Assembly: GCA_043821645.1 (NCBI GenBank)
Contig: JBDRCO010000113.1
Location: 96,001 to 160,000 of the forward strand
Origin: Pseudomonadota bacterium
GTDB taxonomy: Bacteria > Myxococcota > JACRCW01 > JAFGSX01
Direction of reading: 5' to 3'
Length of the DNA stretch: 64,000 nt
Shown: positions 29,072 through 38,729 of the stretch, in pieces
Position numbering within the stretch: the stretch's first letter is position 1
How the letters are laid out: each line of letters opens with the position of its first letter
The notes under the pieces: model-generated
Seen by the model: the letters and a program-made list of their open reading frames with translations, nothing else
What the model was told of the DNA's origin: nothing
The model's database searches: none
Position numbers and translations under genes: made by a program

Positions 29072-30298
29072 TCATAGCCGTGGGTCGGAGGCAGGCCTCC
29101 GTCGGTACGATGCCCGCGCGCGCCACCCCAGCACTGCCACCAGCCACAGCCCCCACCCGAGCGGCGAGCTTTGGGGTTGACGACAGGCACAACCGCCATC
29201 GCTGACATCGGGTGGCATCGGCGGCGGCAGGGCGGCGCCCCCAGGCGAGTGGCGATCCAGCGCGATCGCGTCGGGACGGGGTCCCGAGTCACGCCCGGGG
29301 TCGACGCTGCGGTCCACGCCCTGGGCATCGCTGCCCGTCAGACCTGCGTCGATGGTGGTCGAGCCGCCCGCGGGTGTGGGCAGGCCTCCACCCCCGGTGC
29401 AGGACGATCGCAGGTGCGCGGTGCACGCCTGGCGCATGGCCTGATCGATCCAGGCGCGGTAGGGCGAGATCATGGTATCCACTCCGCCCTTGGCGCAGTC
29501 CGTGTCGTCGTAGGCGTGACTGGTCACACCCACCAGGCGACGGCTGGGTGTCCGGCCATCGCTCATGGTAATGAAGGTCGGCCCGCCCGAGTCCCCATGG
29601 CACTTCTGGGGATCGCCAGGAGGTTGATCCCCGATCTGCATCTCGCTGGTGCCCACCTCGTTGATGAAGGAACGGGCCTGGTATTTGATCCCCACGAGGG
29701 TCGTGTCACTGCTGTCGCGCTGGCCGTAACCCACGATGTCGACCTGGGCGCCGACCACGACACCACCCAGGTCGGCTTCGTCGAGCACCACGGCCGGAAT
29801 GCGGGACGAGGTCCGCTCGAGAAACAGCAGGGCAATGTCGAAGAGATCCACCAGCCCGCCCGGGAAGCTGTTCAGGTTGTTGATGTCCCAGCTCGGATGT
29901 GCGGCCATGGCGCGCACGGGGATGGCATCGGCTGGCAGGTTGAGGTCCTGGACTCCAAAGCCACTGACGTCGAGCTCGAAGGAAATGCTGTTGCGAATAT
30001 TGCTACCGGCCCCGCCGAAGACCAGCGCATCGATCTCGGTGCAGTGGGCCGCGGTGAGCACGACATCCGGCGCGATGAGCGTCCCCGTGCAGACCATGCT
30101 GCCCACGGGATAGCCCATGATCTCGCCCGTGGTGAGCTGCACCGCCACAGCCGGGAAGGCACTGGCCGGGCTCGGCGATCCGCCGATGATGGACTGCTCG
30201 AGTTCCGACGCTGCCCGCCCGTCCGTCTCGGGCAGAGGTCCACAACCACTCCACAGCAGGGGCACCAGGATCCAGGACCAGCGCCCCCCACTCCTCAC
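29072..30298 (-). CDS. Trypsin-like (S1) serine protease lipoprotein with MYXO-CTERM-like tail
   Basis: GTGA overlap with the upstream stop; WSG-C lipobox; IIGG mature N-terminus; LTAAHC, DIAL, CHGDSGGP; tail GGCAC...hydrophobic...WRAR. Confidence 0.9.
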   Translation of the reverse strand: MRSGGRWSWILVPLLWSGCGPLPETDGRAASELEQSIIGGSPSPASAFPAVAVQLTTGEIMGYPVGSMVCTGTLIAPDVVLTAAHCTEIDALVFGGAGSNIRNSISFELDVSGFGVQDLNLPADAIPVRAMAAHPSWDINNLNSFPGGLVDLFDIALLFLERTSSRIPAVVLDEADLGGVVVGAQVDIVGYGQRDSSDTTLVGIKYQARSFINEVGTSEMQIGDQPPGDPQKCHGDSGGPTFITMSDGRTPSRRLVGVTSHAYDDTDCAKGGVDTMISPYRAWIDQAMRQACTAHLRSSCTGGGGLPTPAGGSTTIDAGLTGSDAQGVDRSVDPGRDSGPRPDAIALDRHSPGGAALPPPMPPDVSDGGCACRQPQSSPLGWGLWLVAVLGWRARASYRRRPASDPRL

Positions 30299-31443
30299 GG
30301 GCGGCCCCACCGGCGCCACACCAGCGCCAGCAGCGTCAGCCCCCACAGCGCAGAGATCCCGGCGGAAGGTGGCGTGGTGGCATGGCAGGGGCAGCCCTCG
30401 ATGAAGTGCTGGCCTGAGGTTCCGGCATCGTCGTCGTCTCCGCCGCCGCTGCCCGCATCTGGCCGTACGACGTCGTAGCGCGACGGCAGAAGGATGCCGG
30501 GCTCGTCGCACCAGGCCCGGGTCCCGTCCTGACAGGCCGCGCGCATGCGCTCGTCTATCCATCCCAGCCAGGTATCGACCCGGGTGTCCACGCCGCCCTT
30601 CTGACAGTCGCTGTCGTCGTATGCGTGCGAGGTGATGCCGACGAGGCGTCGCTTGACGTCGTGCGAGGTCGACACCTCCATGTAGGTTGGTCCGCCCGAG
30701 TCGCCATGGCACTTGCGCGAGCTGCTCGAGTCCCCACCGATCTGCATCTCCGCGATGCCAACCTCGTTGATGAAGCTGGTGGCACAACGCTTGGCACCGA
30801 CGGTTCCGGGGGGGGGTGTTTCCCATCCACTGGTCACTGTTTGCTGTCCCCAGCCGGCGATCTCGACACTCGTGTTCTGCGCGATCTGGCTGGCCTCGTT
30901 CGCGGTGATCAGGACCTCGGGGCGAATACCCGGGACCGCCTCGGCCAGGAACATGATGCCCACATCCTTGAACTCACCAGGTCCCGTCACGTTGTTCATC
31001 GAGTCGATATCGAACTCGGGATGGGGCAGCCAGAGCACGGCATCGATGTGATCGTCGGGCCACGGGGTTGTCCCCTGCTGATCCTCTGCAAGGGCCGTCA
31101 GGTCGGGTTCGAAGGTCATCCCGAACTGCTCTGAAAGCACCGTCCCCATGCCCATGGTCAGCAGGTCGGTCTGGAAGCAGTGCGCCGCCGCCAGCACGGT
31201 GTCCGGTGCGATCAGCGTACCGGTGCACATGGGCTGCCGGATGCGCGACCGCGTCCCAAAAAACTCGATCTCGGCGTCGATCAGGATGGCCACCGCCGTC
31301 TCCATCCTGTCGCGGCCACAGACCTCGCCGTTGATGATGTCGTGCTCCTGTCCACTGACGGGCTGCACCCCAAGATCCAGGTCGGCCGGGCCGCAGGCCA
31401 GGCCAGGGATCATCAGCAATGCGAAAAAAAACACAGGTCTCAT
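30295..31443 (-). CDS. Trypsin-like (S1) serine protease lipoprotein with MYXO-CTERM-like tail
   Basis: GLA-C lipobox; IING; LAAAHC, DVGI, CHGDSGGP; tail GCPC...LWGLTLLALVWRR. Confidence 0.9.
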   Translation of the reverse strand: MRPVFFFALLMIPGLACGPADLDLGVQPVSGQEHDIINGEVCGRDRMETAVAILIDAEIEFFGTRSRIRQPMCTGTLIAPDTVLAAAHCFQTDLLTMGMGTVLSEQFGMTFEPDLTALAEDQQGTTPWPDDHIDAVLWLPHPEFDIDSMNNVTGPGEFKDVGIMFLAEAVPGIRPEVLITANEASQIAQNTSVEIAGWGQQTVTSGWETPPPGTVGAKRCATSFINEVGIAEMQIGGDSSSSRKCHGDSGGPTYMEVSTSHDVKRRLVGITSHAYDDSDCQKGGVDTRVDTWLGWIDERMRAACQDGTRAWCDEPGILLPSRYDVVRPDAGSGGGDDDDAGTSGQHFIEGCPCHATTPPSAGISALWGLTLLALVWRRWGRP

Positions 31444-31635
31444 GCCGTTCGTTCTCCCGGGGCCGCCGACGACAGGGGCAGCTGTCGGGTACTTTAGCGC
31501 ACCGGCAACCTGGCTGTCCCCCGACAGAGGCGCCGTCGCCAGAAAAATCCGGCACAGCAGGGCCACGCCGCGCTTGCTGTCGAGCGCCAAAGTGTCATGA
31601 TCCGCCGCCACGAACCTGTGCCTGGAGGCTGCACC

Positions 31636-32628
31636 ATGGATCTCAGTACGAACTACATGGGTCTCACCCTCGCCAACCCGGTCGTGCCATCGGCCTCGCC
31701 CCTGTCCCGAACGCTCGAGGGCGTCCAGCGCATGGCAGAGGCCGGAGCCGGCGCCATCGTCCTGCACTCGCTGTTCGAGGAGCAGCTCAACCGGGACGCC
31801 GACGAACTGAACCACTACCTCGAGCGTGGCACCGAGAGCTTCGCCGAGGCCCTGAGCTACTTCCCGGCGATGGACAACTTCAATGTTGGTCCCGACGACT
31901 ATCTGGAGCGGATCCGCAAGGCCAAGCAGAGCACAAGCATCCCCATCATCGGCAGCCTCAACGGTGTCTCGGCGGGGGGATGGACCAGCTATGCGGCCAA
32001 GATGGAGCAGGCGGGTGCCGACGCCATCGAGCTCAACGTGTACTGGATCCCGACCGATCCCAAGCTCTCGGCGACCAGCGTCGAGAAGGTCTACCTGGAC
32101 ATCCTCAAGGCGGTGCGCGGCACGGTCAAGATCCCCGTCGCCATGAAGCTGAGCCCCTTCTTCAGCGCGCCGGTGCACATGGCCCGGCAACTCGAGGAGG
32201 CCGGGGCCAGCGGCCTGGTGCTGTTCAATCGCTTCTACCAGCCCGACGTGGACCTGGGTTCGATGGGTGTGGTCACCGACATGACGCTCAGTTCGTCCTC
32301 GGCGTCACGATTGCCCCTGCGCTGGATCGCGATCCTGCGCGAGCACATCAAAGGTAGCCTGGCCGCCACCTCGGGTGTGCACACCGCCGAGGACGCGCTC
32401 AAGCTCGTCATGGTCGGTGCCGACGTCACCATGGTCTGCGCCGTGTTGCTGCAGAAGGGCATTGGCGCGATCACCACCATCCGGGACGGCATGGCACGCT
32501 GGCTCGAGCAGCACGAGTACACCTCCCTGGCCCAGGCCAAGGGCAGCATGAGCCAGAAGAACTGTGCCGAGCCCGCCGCCTACGAGCGTGCCCACTACGT
32601 CAAGGCCCTCGAAGCCTTCAAGCTCTGA
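31636..32628 (+). CDS. Dihydroorotate dehydrogenase-like flavoprotein
   Basis: MDLSTNYMGLTLANP, SLFEEQ, IPIIGSLNG, ADAIELN, KLSPFF, LFNRFYQPD, AYERAHY. GGAGG RBS. Confidence 0.9.
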   Translation: MDLSTNYMGLTLANPVVPSASPLSRTLEGVQRMAEAGAGAIVLHSLFEEQLNRDADELNHYLERGTESFAEALSYFPAMDNFNVGPDDYLERIRKAKQSTSIPIIGSLNGVSAGGWTSYAAKMEQAGADAIELNVYWIPTDPKLSATSVEKVYLDILKAVRGTVKIPVAMKLSPFFSAPVHMARQLEEAGASGLVLFNRFYQPDVDLGSMGVVTDMTLSSSSASRLPLRWIAILREHIKGSLAATSGVHTAEDALKLVMVGADVTMVCAVLLQKGIGAITTIRDGMARWLEQHEYTSLAQAKGSMSQKNCAEPAAYERAHYVKALEAFKL

Positions 32629-32765
32629 TCGTCACAGCCCCGGGCTTCCGTCGACAACCAAGCGCGCTTCGTCAGACACAGCGATGTTGCCTCCCTGCCA
32701 GAGTGTACTAACATGGCATGGGCGCCCGTGTGTGGTGAGTCTGCGGCGTTGCTGGAGGTGTTCTG

Positions 32766-34997
32766 TTGACTCTACCTGCGACCGATCCGGTCAAGCTGGA
32801 GGTCACGCTCAAGTACGCGACCATCTCGGAATTTGACGCGCGCTTCGCCGCCAACGTGGGTTCGACTACCCTCTTTCTGAAGACTCCGAAGCCCAAGCCC
32901 GTGGGCTGTGTGGTCGCCCTCGAGCTTCACCTGGCCGGGGGAGATGTGGTGCTGGCCGGCCAGGGACCCGTGCTCTGCGCCTTCGAAGGCGCCAGCGTCC
33001 CTGTGGGTCGCCAGGCCGGCATGATCATCGGGCTCCACCCGGCAGACGACAACAGCGCCAAGCGCATCCGCGCCATCGTCGTGAAGTACGGCCAAGGTAA
33101 GAACTCCGTTCTCCCCGCAGGCGTGGTGGCTCCATCCCCACCTGCTGCGCCGGTCCCGACACCCGCGACCGCAACGCCAGCGAACGGTGACAGCCTCGAC
33201 GATCTGGGCAGCGATCTCGATGCTGCCATCGCGGGCCTGGGCTCCTCAGATCCCGCTCCGGCTGCTCCACCCATGGCGAGCTCACCACGGGTCCAGATCA
33301 CCACCGCGACCTCGCCCTCGCCGTCGCTGTTTGATCCTGGACCCGGGCTTGTCATGGTCCAACCCCAAGCGCGGGTGCCCGATCCCTTGCCACCGCAGCC
33401 TGCGCCGCCGGCGACAGTGCCAGCGCCGCCCGCGCCAGCGCCGACAGTGAAGCCACCCCCTGCGTCGAGCGCGAGTTCTGTCGATGTTCTGTCCGGCAGT
33501 TCCTGGACCGACGAACTGGAAGCAGCCCTGGGCACGGCCTTCGACGTGGAGCCAGGCCTCCCCACACCCCCGGCCGCCGCCAGGCCTGTCGCTCCCATCC
33601 AGCCACCAGCCGCCGCGGCGAGCACACCGCGCTCCCTCGATGGCATGTTCGGTCCACCCGAGATGATCTCCACCGAGCCGGTCGGGATGCCCATGCTCAA
33701 GGCAGAACAGGCCTTCAGCATGCCGCCGCCCACCCCGGCACTGACGCCGACAGGAGGGGTCCTCAGGGTCGAGCCGGCAGCCGAGGCAGCGCCGACACCG
33801 GACACCGCTGCGTCATTGCCGCCGGCAGTTGCCACCACACCTGCGGTGGAGACCTCTGCTGAAACTGCAAGCCCGGTGGCGCTGGCTGCGTCCATGGATG
33901 CCGAGCATGACGACGACATGCTGGCCCCGCTGCCTGCCGGGGACGCTGCTGAGTCCGCCGGACAAGCCAGCGACAACCTGCCAGTCTCCGAGCCGCCGGC
34001 TTCCGCGCCCTCGGAAGACCCCGCCGCGAGTTCCGGACTTCCGTCGAACATCACCGAGGACAGTCTACAGGCCATCGCAGCGGGTCTCCCTCCCCCGGAG
34101 TACCGCCCCGCCTTCAAGCCCGAAGTCCCGCTGCCGCCGCCGGTGGTGGTCACGACGCGTCGGCGCGAAACGACGGTGCGTCCACCCGAGGCTGCGCCGA
34201 GCTCAGGCGACCATGCTGACCTGGGCTCGCCCGACAGCTCCGCGCTGATCGGGACCGCGCCGGTGGATTCAGACCGAGCACCTGTCGACGCAGTGGCCAT
34301 GCCACCATCGACACCTGCGGTGGATGCCGGTGAGCCGACCGGCCTGGCCATCCCGCAGGACGCGGCCGGTGGAGATCCGCTTCTGCAAGGAGGCCAGACC
34401 GCTGCGGACGCCATGGATGCGGCCGAGCCCGACCTGGCCTGCCCGCCTTTGGCCACCACGGAGGCGTCCGCGCTGGAATCCGACTCGGCGACTCCCGATG
34501 CTGCACCCGCTACCGAGGAGCCGGGTACCGTCGAATCCCTCGACGAGGAACTGTCCCGGGACCTCCCTCCGCTCCCTAATCCCACTGACGAGATCGAGGA
34601 GACCATGCCGGTGCGGGCGCGCCGGTCGGGTGTGGCGCCGAGTGGGAAGATGCTTGGCATCGCCGGTGCTGCAGGTGCCCTGCTCGGCGTTCTTCTGTTC
34701 GTTGTGTTTCGCCTGCTGTTCGCGGAACCCGACCACATCACGCAGTTTCGCGAAGCCAATGCGCTGGTCCGCACCGGCAAGAGTGCCGAGGCCATCGCCG
34801 TGTACGAGAAGATCCTGGCCGCGCACCCGGAGTTCACGCTGGCCAAGCGTCACCTCGCGGTGGCGCTGGCGCTGCAGGGCGATTGGGCCAGGTCTGAGCA
34901 GGTCCTGCGCAACTACATGGGTACCAGCGAGGATATCGCGGACATCGAGACGGTTAAGAAGTACCTGGGTGAGGCCGAGGCCGTGCGGGTCGAGTGA
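32766..34997 (+). CDS. TIGR02266/PilZ-like N-terminal domain, long Pro/Ala/acidic linker, TM helix and periplasmic TPR
   Basis: VTLKYATISEF...NVGSTTLFLKTPKPKPVG...AGMIIG resembles the myxobacterial TIGR02266 domain. One TM near the C-terminus, then TPR-like helices. GGAGG precedes a TTG start. Confidence 0.7.
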   Translation: MTLPATDPVKLEVTLKYATISEFDARFAANVGSTTLFLKTPKPKPVGCVVALELHLAGGDVVLAGQGPVLCAFEGASVPVGRQAGMIIGLHPADDNSAKRIRAIVVKYGQGKNSVLPAGVVAPSPPAAPVPTPATATPANGDSLDDLGSDLDAAIAGLGSSDPAPAAPPMASSPRVQITTATSPSPSLFDPGPGLVMVQPQARVPDPLPPQPAPPATVPAPPAPAPTVKPPPASSASSVDVLSGSSWTDELEAALGTAFDVEPGLPTPPAAARPVAPIQPPAAAASTPRSLDGMFGPPEMISTEPVGMPMLKAEQAFSMPPPTPALTPTGGVLRVEPAAEAAPTPDTAASLPPAVATTPAVETSAETASPVALAASMDAEHDDDMLAPLPAGDAAESAGQASDNLPVSEPPASAPSEDPAASSGLPSNITEDSLQAIAAGLPPPEYRPAFKPEVPLPPPVVVTTRRRETTVRPPEAAPSSGDHADLGSPDSSALIGTAPVDSDRAPVDAVAMPPSTPAVDAGEPTGLAIPQDAAGGDPLLQGGQTAADAMDAAEPDLACPPLATTEASALESDSATPDAAPATEEPGTVESLDEELSRDLPPLPNPTDEIEETMPVRARRSGVAPSGKMLGIAGAAGALLGVLLFVVFRLLFAEPDHITQFREANALVRTGKSAEAIAVYEKILAAHPEFTLAKRHLAVALALQGDWARSEQVLRNYMGTSEDIADIETVKKYLGEAEAVRVE

Positions 34998-35032
34998 CTC
35001 CGGGAACGCCTCGAAGGCCGTCGCAGCTTTGC

Positions 35033-38000
35033 CTAGAGGCTTTCCACTGCTCCGAGATCCGGAGCTATCCCGCCAAATAGCCCTGACGCGCCACCGTTGA
35101 GATCAAAACCGAGGTCGATGCCAGCGTCGATGCACGGGCTGCTGGACTGCAGTCTGAAGTCGCCAGTGCCCGCATTCACATACTTCGGATCCGCGAGCAC
35201 CACGTGCGCGCCTCGCGTGTCCGGACAGGCCGAGGCCAGGCCGTTGTTGAAAAAGGCGTTGTAGTCGTTGCTGGAGGCGGTCAGGCCGCTGGTGTCGCAG
35301 ATGGCGCCGTAGGTGTTGGCGCTGAAGATGTTGTTCTTGACCTCGTGCCCGGAACCGCCAAGCGACAACCCGTAGTTGCTCGAACCGTGCAGGGTGTTGT
35401 GCAGGATGCGGAGGCCCGTGGCGCTGCTGGTGGCGATGAGGGGAACCGTGGCGCCGGCGAAGAGGTTGGACACGACCTCCGCCGGTCCTGTCCCGTCCGC
35501 GAAGCGCAGGCAGGCTGTCGTGCTGCAGTCGAGGACAGTGTTTCCGTGGATGCGGTGGTTCGTACCGCTGCTCACCTGGATGGCGTACTCGGCCTTGTCG
35601 AACACGTTGCCCGGTCCCACCTCGACGCCGCTCGCCTGGATGCGCACGCCCGTGTCGCAATTGAAGACGCGGCTGCCGAGAAGCCACAGGTTTGCACCCG
35701 TGGCATTCACGCAGACGTTTGTTCCACCACCGAGCTTGCCCTCGATCTCGAGGTTGGCGATGGCAACGCCAGCGGCCGTGATGTTGAAGACATCGCGATT
35801 ACCCTGAATGCGCACCCCGGCGTGCCCGACGAGGCGCGCGGGTTGTGAGATGGTGAGCGTGGTATTACCCATCGCGATGGTCGGCTGCCCGCCATCGAAC
35901 ACCGTCGGGTCGAAGCGAATCGTGTCCACATTGGCATTGCCATTGGCCGTGGCCAGTGCCTCTGCCAGGGAACCAGCACCCGCCGCAGCGGTCGTGGTGA
36001 CAACGATGATACGTGCAGCGTCCTCGGCAAAGATCACGCGTTGCAGGTGACTGCTGGCCCCCCTGGTATCCTGGATCTCCAGGCCTATCCTGTGCGCTCC
36101 GGTGGTGGCCAGGGTGTGGTCCAGCGTCTTGGTGGTGCTGGGTGCAAGCTCGTACACGCCATCGTCGTCCAGATCCCAGGCCACGGTGAGCGCACCGACG
36201 GCGTCCTCGGCGTCACTGCTGCAGCCCGCGTCGAGCTGGAAGCTCACACCCGTGGTCACCACCCCGGGTGCGGTCAGGCAGGCCACGGGAGCTGTGTTCC
36301 CCAGCACATTCCAGCTCAGAGGCGTAGTGGCACCCGTGCCTCCGATCGCGGCCGCGCTCAGATCGTCGGCGCCGCTGATGCTGGCATCGACGGTGACCAC
36401 TCCCGTCGCGGCCCCCGGGGAGACCGACACGTCAAAGACCAGGGTCGCTTGCGCGGCTGCGGCCACAGAGGTGGGGTTGCCAGACCGGGGCACCACCGGG
36501 TACTCGCTGCTCACGTCGACGCTGCTGGTCGTGAACTGGAGCCCGCTCGTGCTCACCGTCGCCGAGACCTCGCCGGTGTTCTCGACCAGCACGCTGATCA
36601 CCTGGCCAGATTGGCCCTGGTACACGTCGGACGCCGGACTGGTCACGCTGAGGAGATCGAGGGTCGCTGCCTGCAACACACCCACGCTGTCGCTGGTCGC
36701 AGCGTTGACTGTCAGCGTCGCTCCATCGACGACGGCAGTCCCGCTGATCCCGGCACTGAGCTGCAGGGAGCCACTGCTGCTACCTGCAGTGCAGCTGTAG
36801 CTGAAGTCCTGCTGGCTGGCGGCGCCAAGGTTCGCCGTGGCCGGCGTCGGACCCGTGCAGACCGATCCGGTGGAGCCGCTGATGACAAAGCCTGTCGGTG
36901 CCACGCCGAGGGTCCCGCTCCCACCGCTGTTGGTGGCGCGGAGCACTGCGGCAAAGGCCTGTCCCGTCGACACCTGCGCCGGGAGCGCCAGCCAACCCAG
37001 TCCGAGCGCGGCCGGGCCCACAGCCTGAAAGGGTGCGGTGGCGACGGGGATGGCGCTAACCGCGGCGCTGGTGGTGGCGTCCGTGCCCTGGGCGCCGGCC
37101 ACCGCGGTCCAGGCCCCCGCGCTGTTGCCGACCGTGCATGCAAAGCTGAAGTCCTGCAAGGACCCACCGTCCAGATCCACGCTGGCGGGGGTGGCAGCGG
37201 CACAGCTGGTCCCGGTGGTCCCGGTGAGGCTGAGGCTGGTCGGCGTCACGGCAAGGGCCCGAGTTCCACCGGTGTTGCTGACCCGCAGCACGAGGTCGAT
37301 GCTCGCGCCGTGCAGCAAGGTGGCGCTGGCCGTCTGCCAGGCCGCGACCAGCACGGATTGCGGCATCACCGACATCGGGCCAGCTGTCTCGGTGGGCGCC
37401 TGGATGGTGGTGCTATTGACGACGTCCGTGCCGCTGGCATCCGCGGTGAAGTGGACCTCGCCAAGGCCGCTGGCCGTGTAGCTGTAAACAAAGAGTTGCG
37501 CCTGGCCGCCAGCAACATCGGCGGTGGCCGGAGTCGGTCCGCTGTCCAGGGTCAGGGCACCGCTTCCGCTGAGTGCGAGAACAGGTGTGACCCCCTGGGC
37601 ATCACCTTGACCGCTATTGGTGACGGTCATCTCGATGTCGAAGGACTGACCCAGTCCCACACCTGCGGGGACGTCGAGGGCAATCTCCAGCGCGGCCCCC
37701 ACCAGGATCTGCAACGACGCGCTGGTGGCTGCGCCGCTGGCGAGCGGGCGCAAGGAATAGGCGTTGGTGCCGCTGGCCTGGGCCGTGAACGTGACACTGC
37801 CCGCGCTCTGCGCCCGGTACTGCAGGACAAAATCCTGGGCAGCGCCAGCGGCGATGTCCGCACTCGCCGGCGAAGGTCCACTGAGGTGCTGCGCCGTACC
37901 GCTCCCGGCAAGGACCGGCAGCGACACCTGCACGGCCTGGGCCTCACTGCCGCCCGTGTTGGCCACATGAACCGTCAGGGTGATCTCCGTACCCGTGCTC

Positions 38001-38704
38001 ACGGAAGCTGCGGAGAGTTCCAGGGTGGATACCAGCTGCGCCGGGTTCCACACCTGGACGGCACCAGGCAAAGTAGCCGTGGCTCCTCCCTCCGTCGTCA
38101 CCACCAGATCGTAGGCTCCCGCCGCCGTGCCCTGGGCGACGGTCGCCGTGAAGCCCGAGGTGGACAGGTTGGTGACAGGCAGGGCGATACGGGCGCCGGC
38201 AGGGGGCTCGAGATCGGCCTGCAGGCCACTGTCGAAGCCGCTGCCGACCACATCCAGCACCTCGTCCTGATCGTTGACGATATCGGACGGAATGACCGAG
38301 GTGATGGCCGGCCCCACGCCGACCAGCACTTCGTAGGCGTCGGCAAGAGAGGTCTTGAGACCCCGCGGCGTCTCCACTCGAAGATCCAGGAAGCCTGCGG
38401 TCAGCCCCACCGGCACCTGAGCCGTGAGATGCTCGTCGTCGACATAGCGAACATCCCGCAGCGCGGTGTTGCCAAGCCATGCCCGAAAGGTGGTGTCCAC
38501 GCGCAGTCCACCTGGCTGCGAAGGATCGTTCTCGATGAGAGGACGCAGCTCGCGTCCCAAGATCTCGACGGACTGCGCCACATCCTGGCGACCCGACGCC
38601 GGCGTCACCTGCTCCAGGATCGGTTCAGGAACGGCCGTGGTCACCACGTCGAGATCGCAGGCTCCCGTCGTGACAAGAAGGGCAAGCAGGGCAAGGCGTC
38701 GCAT
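35033..38704 (-). CDS. Large surface lipoprotein/adhesin (2 IPT/TIG-like, 5 Ig-like repeats, PKD, C-terminal beta-helix)
   Basis: Lipobox TGA-C; five N(T/S)G(G/Q/E) Ig-like repeats; PKD (LDAGCSSD...WDLDDDG); GAGSLAEAL start of the beta-helix; terminal DFRLQSSSPCIDAG...APDLGAVE. Confidence 0.8.
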   Translation of the reverse strand: MRRLALLALLVTTGACDLDVVTTAVPEPILEQVTPASGRQDVAQSVEILGRELRPLIENDPSQPGGLRVDTTFRAWLGNTALRDVRYVDDEHLTAQVPVGLTAGFLDLRVETPRGLKTSLADAYEVLVGVGPAITSVIPSDIVNDQDEVLDVVGSGFDSGLQADLEPPAGARIALPVTNLSTSGFTATVAQGTAAGAYDLVVTTEGGATATLPGAVQVWNPAQLVSTLELSAASVSTGTEITLTVHVANTGGSEAQAVQVSLPVLAGSGTAQHLSGPSPASADIAAGAAQDFVLQYRAQSAGSVTFTAQASGTNAYSLRPLASGAATSASLQILVGAALEIALDVPAGVGLGQSFDIEMTVTNSGQGDAQGVTPVLALSGSGALTLDSGPTPATADVAGGQAQLFVYSYTASGLGEVHFTADASGTDVVNSTTIQAPTETAGPMSVMPQSVLVAAWQTASATLLHGASIDLVLRVSNTGGTRALAVTPTSLSLTGTTGTSCAAATPASVDLDGGSLQDFSFACTVGNSAGAWTAVAGAQGTDATTSAAVSAIPVATAPFQAVGPAALGLGWLALPAQVSTGQAFAAVLRATNSGGSGTLGVAPTGFVISGSTGSVCTGPTPATANLGAASQQDFSYSCTAGSSSGSLQLSAGISGTAVVDGATLTVNAATSDSVGVLQAATLDLLSVTSPASDVYQGQSGQVISVLVENTGEVSATVSTSGLQFTTSSVDVSSEYPVVPRSGNPTSVAAAAQATLVFDVSVSPGAATGVVTVDASISGADDLSAAAIGGTGATTPLSWNVLGNTAPVACLTAPGVVTTGVSFQLDAGCSSDAEDAVGALTVAWDLDDDGVYELAPSTTKTLDHTLATTGAHRIGLEIQDTRGASSHLQRVIFAEDAARIIVVTTTAAAGAGSLAEALATANGNANVDTIRFDPTVFDGGQPTIAMGNTTLTISQPARLVGHAGVRIQGNRDVFNITAAGVAIANLEIEGKLGGGTNVCVNATGANLWLLGSRVFNCDTGVRIQASGVEVGPGNVFDKAEYAIQVSSGTNHRIHGNTVLDCSTTACLRFADGTGPAEVVSNLFAGATVPLIATSSATGLRILHNTLHGSSNYGLSLGGSGHEVKNNIFSANTYGAICDTSGLTASSNDYNAFFNNGLASACPDTRGAHVVLADPKYVNAGTGDFRLQSSSPCIDAGIDLGFDLNGGASGLFGGIAPDLGAVESL

Positions 38705-38729
38705 GGTGGACTCCAGAGATGCTGATGGT

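Noticed and set aside
31444-32190. Long N-terminal extension of ORF 30295..32190; similarly 38705..39193, 30299..30826 and 11817..12008
   Set aside because: The extensions overlap neighbouring genes. Internal starts with RBS, signal peptide or stop/start overlap fit better.
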